From positions 24,738,001-24,802,000 of the forward strand of contig NC_135252.1 of NCBI RefSeq assembly GCF_964204865.1: a stretch of 64,000 bases of DNA. The letters run 5' to 3'. A model generated the notes under the pieces. It had not been told where the DNA came from, searched no databases, and saw only the letters and a list, made by a program, of their open reading frames with translations. The position numbers and the translations under genes were made by a program. The DNA is from Styela clava. Lineage: Eukaryota. Of this stretch, positions 37,501 through 49,500 are shown one piece after another (positions within the stretch are counted from its first letter, which is position 1; every line of letters begins with the position of its first letter).

Positions 37501-40500
37501 CGGCAATCTGTGGACATAAATTGTGTGGCAAACTCGCGATTAATATTAATTTTTGAATCCTATTTTCGTATTTACAAAATACAACGGCGATCTGTGGACT
37601 TAGAATGTGTGGGTAAACTTAGTTAGATTATAAATAGTTTTTGATTTCTATTTTCATATTTATAAAATAATAAAAGTATTATTACTCAAACATACAACGG
37701 CGATCTGCGGACTTAAAATGTGTGGTAAAGTTCCCGAATTTAAATAATTTTTGATTCATATTTTTGGACTCATGAAAAAATTGTCACAAGTCGGAAAAAA
37801 TTACTCATACTTTATCCCGCTTTTTGGCAAATAATTTGGATAATGGTTGGTATTTAAAAGTATGGGCGTTTTACTATGATGATTTTGTGTTGCGCAAATA
37901 TTCAAATCCATCATCGATAGCACTATTGCCGTATTAATTTAATTCTGTTAACATGACTCATGGTATATAAAATATATACTGCCATAATCTGCAAATATGA
38001 AATGCCTGGTAATACAACTAGGTTGTAACTTGTAGATAGCAGTTATTCCATTGCTTATTGTATGGAAATTCCTACATACATTTAGATAAGCTTCAATTAG
38101 TGGATTTTATTTTCGAAGTATTCGAAATTTCATATTCGAAAAGAATAATTTCGAATGTATTTGAAATAGTGAACTATTCGGTATTGGCCATCAGAACTGA
38201 CTTTGTAACAAAATTGAATTTGTGAACACTGTACAACAAAACAAATTAATATTAGTAAAAATATTCTGAATACAAAGTAAATTTTCTATATTTTCTGGAA
38301 AATAATATTACCTGTTTTTTTTTATGTCCTAGCGACAACAAATTCAGTAAAATCTTATAGTGTTTTAATAAATATGTTGCTAAAATTTGCTCCACTGACG
38401 TTGAATACAATTATTTGAAGAGGTGTTTCAGCACCTGGCATTTTGAGCAGTCACTTGGGACTAATAGTCAATATATTTCATACTGCAATTCGATGGCCCA
38501 ATTTGGTTGTTTATAATGGCAAATTTTTCTATAATACTTCCGATTATACAAAAGTACCTTATATTTAATGTATTGTTGAAAAATTGCCATTCTTAGCGTC
38601 CAAAGTTTCTTTCAAACACTTATTTATAAACGAATTGAATGTATTTGAAAAACTAATATTTGTCTCGCTTTTTTTGAAGGTCATATTTTCGATCAAGGTC
38701 ATATTTTAGATTTTCTTTTAAGCTAAATTATTTTATCCACAGGTTGTCAAAAGTATGGGAATGCAGACAGTCAGTTTCACATTTTTTCAAGCGTTCAATA
38801 ATTTATTAAAAAATATGGAACTCGTCAAAAAAATATATCAAACCAGCGCTGGAAGTCATGAAGAACAAGAGGTCACTAAAGGTCAGTTTTATTTTGATTT
38901 TCTATCCTTACAAGGTCAGTCAAGGTCAGTTTTATTTTGATCCTTTATCCTTACAAGGTCAGTCAAGGTCATTTTCATTTTTATCTTTAATCCTTCCAAG
39001 GTCAGATTTATTTTCAACATTTTATTGTTAAGGTCAATCAAGGTTACATCAAGGCCCTCACTCACATAGGGCACATACTTCCAAGTTGATTTTAGGATAA
39101 GTAAAATTTTTATTTTTATCTGGGGGGGAGAGGAAAGTCGACAATACGGCTTAATTATATGACAAACTGCAGCCTCTCTTCTGGTCCATGTTAGATATGG
39201 GATTAGCCAGTTATTTGTTTGGGGTACATGGACTGACTGTTCCGATACTTTTTCCCATTATTTTATTTTTATTCATCCTTTATGTGCAATCATATTACCC
39301 ACAAATAGATAAAAAGGTTATGCTCAATACGCTCGCCACGTCACCTCTGATTACCCTGCATGGGTTTACAGGTTCGAACCCCATGCCGGGTTAATTATGT
39401 GCGAGAGGATTGCTGGACTCCTCGCCGTTGTTGTATCGCTGGTCGGATCCTTCACCATCAAGCCCATGCATCTCAATGCAAAATTCACACTCTGTCAATT
39501 ATCAGTGACTGAGCCCCACGAGGCTCGACTGTGACGAAGCTTCAGTAAATCTTGCATTGTGTGGAATGATATTTTATCCTTTTTATCAATTTGTTATCTT
39601 TTTATTTAATTAAGTATTATCTTTTATATTACCTCTTTTATCTCAACTTTGAGTCTTTGATCATTTCAGAGGAGTTCATAATCGCTGCACAAAGAGTCAG
39701 TAGAATCACACCACTAGAGGCCGATATACTGTTTCATTTGGCCTCCCTCCTCGGTCATCGACACGGAAAAATAACAATGAAAGAACTGGACCAGATCGGA
39801 GCACTAGAAGAAGGGTCAATGCCTTACAATATAGTGGCCCAACAAGAGGTGAGAATTCGGCGCTCTAGACGAAGTGTTTGTACTAATATGTTTTATTATG
39901 GCTCGGCGGTGTGGCGCATCGTGTTAAGCGTTAGGGATACGCTCGCCACCGCATCTCTGATTACCTTTTGAGGGTTCGCAGGTTAGAATCCAATGTGAGG
40001 ATGATCATGTGCGAGAGGATTGCTGGACTCGTCGCCGCCGTAGGGTGGTTCACGTAACCGCTGCTCGGTTACGGCTTCCTCCACCATCAAGTCCATGCTT
40101 CCGAAAACAAATAACTGGCTAATTAATCTCATACCTGACTTGGAATGGTAACCGGACGAGAGGCCGTGATTCGCCATATGGATAAGCCGTCTTATCGGCT
40201 TTCTTCTCCCTCGGGATAAATATGTAAATCCTATCCTATCCTATGTGAAGCAGGGTGTTCGCAAACCCCTGGGGTTCCGTGATGACTGCACAGGGTGTCC
40301 GCAACGATATGAAAAGAGTCTGAAATACAGACAAATAAATCATGATCCTTTTTAAATTGCCGTTGACCTGCTGGCATTCAATGTTAGTATTTATTAGTTA
40401 AGACTTTCCTGGCTTCTATTTTGGCAATAAAAACATTATCCTTCCACATAGGTCAGGCACAAAAATTGATTAGGACATAAGATGGGCGGTCCGTCAAAAA

Positions 40501-43500
40501 TTAGATTCATAAATAGACCCAAAAGTTTGGGAAACCATGATATAATCAACCAACACCCGGGGTAATGGCGAAATAACTAAACTAAGGAAAGGGGAATGTT
40601 AGAAAAGAGTAATAACAGCTTGCTAATACTAATGTACTACACTTCACCCATAATATGACGTGAAATAATCTTATGAATGGAGTAATCAGTAATTTATTTT
40701 TTCACTATACTGAAAACCAGTGTTCCCTCTAAGGCAGTGGTTCTTAAACTGGGTTCGATCGAACCCCTGGGGTTCGGTGGAGCTGTTCAAGGGGTTCGAC
40801 GAAGGTGCTCTGAAACAGTTGCATATTATGAGACTTTTTTATCACCCTGCATACTAATTATGCAAAAATAACTATAGTTCATGATGACTAATTACTAATG
40901 ACTTGAACAATTGAATGGAACAATTAATTGGTGTTACCCTTATTCATATTCTCCCGTACTAATGAAACTTAACTCAATTTTACGGATAAATCGAAGATAG
41001 GCAGTAATTGTACATGAATGAATGCAAAATCATAGCGTGTTTGAATTTCACTAGGTGATAAATTTGCGACAAGGAATAGTTTATCGCAGAGCTTTACCCG
41101 AAATTATTATGATCCATTCAGGACAACCTCGATATGGCGCCGAATTAATCCTATCTCTATTTCTGTAAAATAAAACAATTGGCAAACGATTTTATTCGCA
41201 TTTCAGCGCAGTTTAAAGTTTGAGAACAAATTGCTTGAACTACCAACGTTTATGGGGTATATTATCATCTTTTGGATTTTCAAAGTTATTTTTTATCAGT
41301 TTTCGCCTGTTTACCCGCATAACTTATACAACAAAAACCATCTGCTCATTCTGCCGCCAACGTCATTGTGACAAAACAATGGTTATTCCCACATGGTTAT
41401 TGATATCTAAGGTTTCATCACAATGTTCATATTCTATAATCTTGCAAGAATTAGCTTCCGCTTTATGACGTTACGGTTTGGCTTCTAATTTCAACCGTTC
41501 AGTACAATGGGGTTCGGCGGGAGCTTGCAGAATAGCGCAGGGGTTCGGCAGGCTCACAAAGATTAAGAACCACTGCTCTAAGGTGTGCGCGTGTGCGCGA
41601 GCACACAGCTTTCAGAGGCTGCGCACACGCATAGATTTACTGCACACAGACATATTTCGATGTAATGTAACAATGTTCTCGATTGGCAGGTTGAGAAAGT
41701 TTGTTGTTGGCCCACTTATTACCAGGTTAGACTACCAAAATTTCTTCATTGGTTTTTGCACAAATATTAGTCATTTCCAAAAAAATGCGCACACACCAAA
41801 ATTTATGCGCACACATACTACAAAAATTAGAGGGAACATTGGTGAAAACACACTAGATATACAAAAAATTACAATAAATATGAAAGATGCGTTTCGAGGC
41901 GAGGGAAACCGCGAAAAACCAATATAGGTTATCGAGCAGCGGCACTCTAATTTCGAATAAAATATATGAGGATATTTTCCCTGGTACACATACTACGGGA
42001 GTACCGAGAATATTATGTTTCAATGTTGAGAAGAAAGTTTACAAGGATCATTGTGATGAGCGTTAAAAACCAGAGTGCCATCGCTTTTCTTATTACGCTG
42101 CCTTGGCTCGCAGGTTTGAATCCTGTGGCGATTAATTCTTCGATGGTCTCCTTGTCGTTGTATAGCAGTTCTTGTAATTGTTTTCGAGTTACAGGACAAG
42201 CTTGCCATTGTGTCTTTGTTTACTAAGTGGTTTCACAGGTTAGAATCCTGTGTGGTTATGTGCGAGAGGATTGCTGGACTTTATATGTCGTGGTGTGGTG
42301 CACATTAACCAATGGTTAGTATCGGCTTCCTCCACCATCTTGTCCATGCATCTGGAACAAATAACTTGTTACCTAGGCCGCGTTGTGGCTCATGCTAAGC
42401 GTTAGGAATACGCTTGCCACTGCACCTCTGATTACTCTGTGTGGATTCTCAGGTTCGAATCCCATGCGGGGATGGTTATGTGCGAGAGGATTGCTGGACT
42501 CGCCGCCGTCGTTGGGTGGTTCACATAACGCTGGTCGGTTACGGCTCCCTCCACCATCAAGTCCATGCTTCCGAAAACAAATAACTAATCCTATACCTGA
42601 TATGGATTAGTAACCAGACAGAGGACATGGTGCTACACATTGCGTTGGCCTTTCATCCACTTTAGCGAATACTGATTGAAGGGAACTTTAGAAGTCATTT
42701 GCGTCGGCGTGATCTCGCTATTTTGTTCACCATACAACTCATTATTTCTTGATTAGAAAGAGTTCAAGCATATTGGCTACCAATCCGGGGCATTGAGAGG
42801 TTCAATGCTTTATGACATCATGGGAGGGGTGGATAATGTTACTATTAGCGACGAAGTGGAGGTATGAGATTGGTATTTATTGAAGCATGAAGTCACATGA
42901 CCACCAATTGCATGAGTTTATTTCATCACATGGAATGTAAACGATACTGCATAAACAAATCTGATAGTTAGTTATGAACATGATTTGTGTAAAAAAAATT
43001 TAGGGGGAACATTTCTAAATTGAATAGTTAATAGCAACATAACGTTTCTAATATTTATAAAATATTTATAAAAATAGGCTTAAAATATTTTTCGACATAA
43101 ATCTTGCATTCAATGAGTTAAAACAGGAACAGGGGGGGGGGGGGAGATAGTCCTATTGTTGATTATTAAATAGCAACATATAGGATATGTGTAAAAATCA
43201 TCTGGGGACAAAATAAGTGGAGGTGCAGCCTTGGAAATTTTTCAATTGTAAAAACCTTGCATGAGATTCAATAAGTTGAAACAGAAGGTTGTTGAGTTGG
43301 CTGTATTTGTTCAGATTTCATTTCATACTGGGGGGATGGGATATTGTGAGGAGGTAATCTGATAATAACTTTGCTTTGAATTATGGGTTTCTTCCATTAT
43401 ATGAAAAGTTGGCTCCGTTCAAAGCAAATTCAATACTTTTTCATGAGAATCAGTAAAATAGAAGTCTAATAGAGAGTTTGTGAATGAACCTTCTTCAAAC

Positions 43501-46500
43501 CAAAATTCATTTGTGTGAAATCCATTGCATTATTACATGAAACATTGCATTTGTGCATCATTGATCAGGAAAACAGACTGAATATTACAATAATTCAAAA
43601 TTAGCAAAACCGTACAAATATTAGGTGGTCAGTTTCGGCCATCTTTGTATGAACAATTTTGGCGCATTTTGACTTTTGTGTATTCTCTGTTGTTTACATA
43701 CCCAGTTGGAATATATTCTATACCTGACATGGGAAACTACGGCTCACCGGGCCAAATCTGGCCTGTTGGGTAATTCAATCTGGACCGCCTGATGCTGCCA
43801 CAACCGAACTAAAATCAAATTTTGATGTTTAAGCTAAACGTAGCTCAATGAACTTGTTGAGATTGCAATTAATTTAGTTTTGGCACGAGGCTTATTGCTT
43901 TCTATTTTTGCTTTTGTGACACTGTAAATATTGTTCATAAAATGTAACATTACACTTACATGGCCCGCCAGTCTGGCTGGGAAAAGTTTTTGGCTCCTGG
44001 TACAAAGACCTTGCCATCCCTGTTCGATGCTGTACTCCGAATGATTACGATACTTTAGAATGTATTTGGAATGTCAGAATATTTGGCCTTGATCATCCCT
44101 GTCATCATGCTGCAGTGTTATGCTTCATTGATCAGAAACTATCATTACTTTGTATTCTTGATAGAATTTTTTTTTCAGCTTGTGGGGGAGGGGGAATCCC
44201 ATCATCACAATATCAATTTTATCCCTCAATATGTCATTCACTGAGTAAGTACAACCAGGGATATCCACATCTGTTTAGTATCTTAAAATTGGAAATGCAA
44301 AGCCAAAGCAAAATTCCACCGCAAGAAAGACAAATGCCCTTCAAGCCAAAAAGTCTGTTTCCAAAGGGTGTGAATAATTTAACAGAAAACAGCCTTTCTA
44401 TGACCAATTTTGTTTCATAAAATGTGACCAAAATCTGCATTTGTTACAGAATTTGGGAGAACTCAATAATCTATTATTAGCAATACTTACCTTGGGGATA
44501 TACCAAAGTTTTTTTCCCAGAAATTCTGGCATCACAGGATCTGTTTCAAATTGTTGAAAATTCAAAGTGATTTACTTCTTAATTACTGCATAAATTTGTA
44601 ACATGCTTTTTTTATTTATTCGTTATTTATTTTAGGTACTGGAACACCACCGACCTTTCTACGTTGCTATAATTGAGAATGCTTACAGATTCACTCTTGG
44701 TGTTGTAGCAGGAGGTGAGGTCTTCAAATAAATTTATCTAAGATTGTTTTTGTGTGATAAATTTGGCGCTTTTAATCTGAATAATGGCTCGGAGGTGTGA
44801 CGTATCGTGCTAAGCGTTAGGAATACGCTCACAACTGCACCTCTGATTATCCTGCTGATAACAGCGCATTATGTTAATTGTTACATGATGATATTGCCAC
44901 AATTTCCCGATCTGATCGAAATCTATATGTAACATTTGGAGATACTCTTCGACCCACCTTGAATAGTTTTGTAACCCATTGACGACCTACGAGCTCTAAC
45001 CCCAACCCACTGGTTGGGGCGAGTAACTGCTGTATAAAAAATTTTGATACTCATTTACAGCGTGTGGAGCAACTGCAGTTTATCCGATTGATCTTGTGAA
45101 GACACGACTTCAGAATCAGAGGTCATCGGGGTCATACGTTGGGGAATTGATGTACAGAAACAGTTTTGATTGTTTTTCTAAGGTAAGTATGTGTATCTTG
45201 GAGCGAGAAGAAAACTTATAAAATGACTCAATAAATTCGCAAAATATGTGTTACTAGTTACCTAAGCTGAGAAGAGAAGAGTTTAATCATTTGGCGAACC
45301 ATGGCAGAGTTGATGTGACTGAAGCCTTAAATATGCATTGGTTATATTATGATCCACCTTGTGGCAGCAAGTAGTCTAGCGTTAGGTATCTTGCTCTTTC
45401 CTAACAAATCCTGAGACAGTTGCCCTACTTGGCACAACTATAAATGAGCATGCGTGTTTGTGTTACAACTTTAACAATAAATTTTCCCTCAACTTATTAC
45501 TATCAGTCTGTGAGGTGCTCTCAAAGTATGTGAACCAAGATGACGCACAACCTGAACATAGTATGTGTATCAGGTTAGAGTTATCAGGTTGTGCGGCATC
45601 TTTGTGCACATACTTCTGGAGCGCTGTCTGTGATGTACAAAACAGCCTACATGTCTAAATGTCTAACTTTTCACTAATTTGTAATTTTTTTTTCTCTGTT
45701 CCAGGTTATTCGTCACGAAGGATTCTTCGGATTGTATAGAGGTTTAATTCCACAGCTGATCGGAGTTGGCCCGGAGAAAGCCATCAAACTTACGGTAAGA
45801 ATGCTGTTGTGAGCAAACTGTTAAAACTACCATTTACAAAAAAAAAAATGAGCACGGCTGCGTACTCTGGATAAAATTACACCTGCCTTCAACCCAGGGC
45901 TGTGAAAGTGGGAATAAATTTTACAATCGACTTCTCCGGTAAGAGAACTTTTGACTCTATACTCTGAGAAACCCAATTTCGATGTGTGCATGCCTAAGTG
46001 CTCAGTCAACTCAATATTTTGAGTTTTCATGTAAAAATTATGCCTTAAATTGCCACCATTAAAAGTATGAAATCCCAAATTCAAATTTTCCTTCTAATAA
46101 AATAAAAATAAAAACATGCCGAATTCTAACGAGAAAGACATAAAATATACCCGGAAGGGGGCAGGCAAGACTGCAAGGTTAACAAGGTCAAATGAACGAG
46201 AGTAGGAGGAAATTGCGGGAACCATACTTGTTCTTTTCCGCTAAACGCCTACATTTTACACTTAATTTCTTTCGTTCCAGATGAATGATTTTGTTCGAGA
46301 TCAACTTCGTAACGATGGAAAAGTCCCACTGTGGGGTGAAATTGCAGCCGGTGGATGCGTAAGTATTTATTAGATAAGTTTTTTATTTTCTTTTGGGGGA
46401 AAGGAAAGAAAATGATATGACTTATTTGTGAAGCTTGAATAATGTAGTTTCTAATTGGATAGGATTTACATATTTATCTCGGGTGTCAGGTAAGCCGATA

Positions 46501-49500
46501 AAATGGCTTAACCATATGGCGAACCACGGCCGCTCGTCTCATTACCAGTCCATGTCAGTTATGTTATTAGTTAGCCAGTCATTTGTTTTCGGAAGAATGG
46601 ACTTGATGGTAAAGGAAGCCGTTACCGACCAGTGGCAATATGAACCACCCTACGTTGGCGAGGAGTCTAGCAATCTGCCCATACATAATTATTTCCACAA
46701 GATTCGAACCCATGCAGGGTCATGAGAGGTGCGGTGACCAGCGGATTCCTAACGATGAGCCACATCGATGAGTCGACTTTTTTGTAAAAAATATAAAACT
46801 GTTCATTATATCATTCAGAAAGTCTCATATTTGTAGATTTGCAGCAGTTTATTCAATTTTCATCAATTTTTTTTTTGTAAAATCTTAAACTCAGTCGAAC
46901 ATAAAATTAATAGTATGTTTCTATTCCAGGCCGGAGCTTCTCAAGTCATGTTCACCAATCCGTTAGAAATCGTTAAAATACGCCTCCAAGTGGCGGGAGA
47001 AATCGCCAGCGGTCCCAAGGTTTCTGCATTTTCTGTGATGAAAGAATTGGGATTAACTGGACTATATAAGGTAAAGATATTGGGCTCAGAATACGGCCAT
47101 ATAAAAGTGATGTATTGAATGTTGCATATAGTATGTACGGTTAAGGTCAGAATAATGTTCAATGTTCAATTTTTCATAATTATCTTGAAGGAGATGGAGG
47201 GCCATTGGGTCAAATGCTATAGTCAGTAGCGCAGCCAGAATTTTCAAACTACAAATTGCCAAGTTATACTGTATCAGCTAGCTGGTCTGTCTGTCCGGAG
47301 AACGTTGTTTTTCAAGTCTTTGAGAATATCGTTTGAAAATTTCTCTTTAAAACAAAACACCTCGCTGAAGGCAAAAAGTGGCTATTATTCGGAACTATTC
47401 GAAAATCAGCAGAAAACGTATTCGAATACTTTGATATACGAATACATTCGAATATTCGGTTCGTTCTGGACAGCCCTGGTTGGATATAACATGTACGGTT
47501 AAGATTAGAATAGTGTTCACTGTTCAGTTCTTCATAATTATCTTGAAGGAGATGGAGGTCAAATGCTAGGTCTATTTTCAAATTGCCAAGTTATATTGTA
47601 TCAGTTAGCTGGTCTGTTCGTCCGGAAAATGTTGATTTTCAAGTGTTTAGTATATGAAAGGCTTTTTAGCTACAAAAAATTGCTTACAGAAAAGTTTTTT
47701 TTTTGACATTCCTAAATGTGGTTTTTGACCCCTGGTTAAATTGGTCAATAGACATGTATTTTAAATTACGTAGAGCTGTAATTATTCATTAAACGCATGC
47801 AGTTTTGAAAAACAGACCTTCACTGCATTTTCTTTCGTTGATTAAGTGCTGCACAATGCCTGGTTGAAATGTACTAGGTCAAAGAATGTACCAGTTCAAT
47901 TCATTATATCGTGAATATAGAGCTGTGGATAAGGAGCGAACCCAGTTTGGGGAGGAAGGGGCTTTGAGGGTCGGAATCCCCCTCCCCCTTTTTGAAATGT
48001 AAAAAGAAACTGTTATTTAGACTTTCAAGACTCCTGAAAACCCATCTTTTTGTCCCTGGTCAGACCCACTAGCACAGGGTGGTCCAAGGTTGTCGGCTCC
48101 GCAGGCCACAAAATTATTTTTGCACTGTTCGCGAGCCACAATAGTGCCAAGAGTAGGTAAACAGTGCAATAAAAACACTTTTATTGTGCAAACACATTGT
48201 TGTCAGCCATAGTCATCCCAGGCTAATAGAATTCGCATTCGATTTTCAGTTTTCTATGATGTTAGCATATATTCCCGACCAAAAAGATAGAAAGCCAGAT
48301 AATAATTTAGACTGAGAAGCACATCATTCAACTTCGCTAGTTGTCTGAGCTAATCACAACACAAGACAATTCAGTGACATTAGTGATGTAACAATATGTC
48401 AAAAGATTTTTCTGATTAATTTTATGACACGAAATAACACTAAATTTTTGATTACTCTCCGAATGTGACGCGGGCCACAGATAATGAAGCGACGGGCATG
48501 TGGCCCGCGGGCCTGGGTTTGGACCACTCTGCAATTAGCAATTACACAACCCCCCTTCGAAAATCTCTGGCTACACCCCTGCTGTGGGGGCGAAAAATTG
48601 AAAAATCCATCTTTTCTACACACAGGGTTCTAGAGCCTGTCTTCTCCGTGATATACCATTCTCAGCGATCTACTTCACGGCCTATGCTCACATGAAATCC
48701 TCATTTGCAAGTGAAGACGGCCATGTCAGCCCTGGAAAACTTCTGCTTGCTGGAACTATTGCAGGTAAGTTATTTTCTTTCTGGTCACTGCTTGCAAAGA
48801 GTGTTGTCTGGAAAAAAATTATTCGCTTTCAAGGCAGATACACATGTACAGGTCCATATCCAGGCCTGTTATAAACTATATTGCACCATCAACAAAGTAG
48901 CACACTACGCACAAACATGTAAACAAGCAATAATTACTAAGTAACAACAAGTAATGGCACAATGAGTCTGGTAAAGTAATCAGACCAAAACATTCACATT
49001 GTCTATCAGTATTTTTCCACTTCGCTTGCACAGAGCCTTGCGCTGAAGGAAAGTGTGGAAATGCTTATAAAAAGTTGTTTTCCTTACAGTGTTGTGTTGA
49101 GTAAGTCTTGCGTCAACTTCTGTTTCTGTCTTTAAAATAAACTTTTTTTTAATGAAAGAGAATGCGGCTATACTTGGCCTTACATTATGTATTTTCACTC
49201 ATGTGAGCACCCTTTTTAACATGAACTGTCGAGTTAGAAATTTTGCTTGATGGAAAAAAATTATGTGTTGACAAAACTACACTAAAAGGCCTGGCGAACC
49301 AGGTTGTGCCCTGCGAGCCACCTGTTACGCTCCCATGCACTGATAATTAACAAATTCACTTCACTTGTGGGTGCTTGACGTTACCAGGTCAACACTGATC
49401 ATATTTTTCCATTTGATATGGGTTCTTTCCTTTACAGTGGATGTTTTTGTTTTCAGGTGCCCCGGCAGCTTCTCTCACCACCCCGGCTGATGTTGTTAAA

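Noticed and set aside
39900-39995. tRNA gene-like A/B boxes
   Set aside because: They are SINE heads continuing into a 250-nt body and tail; no cloverleaf.
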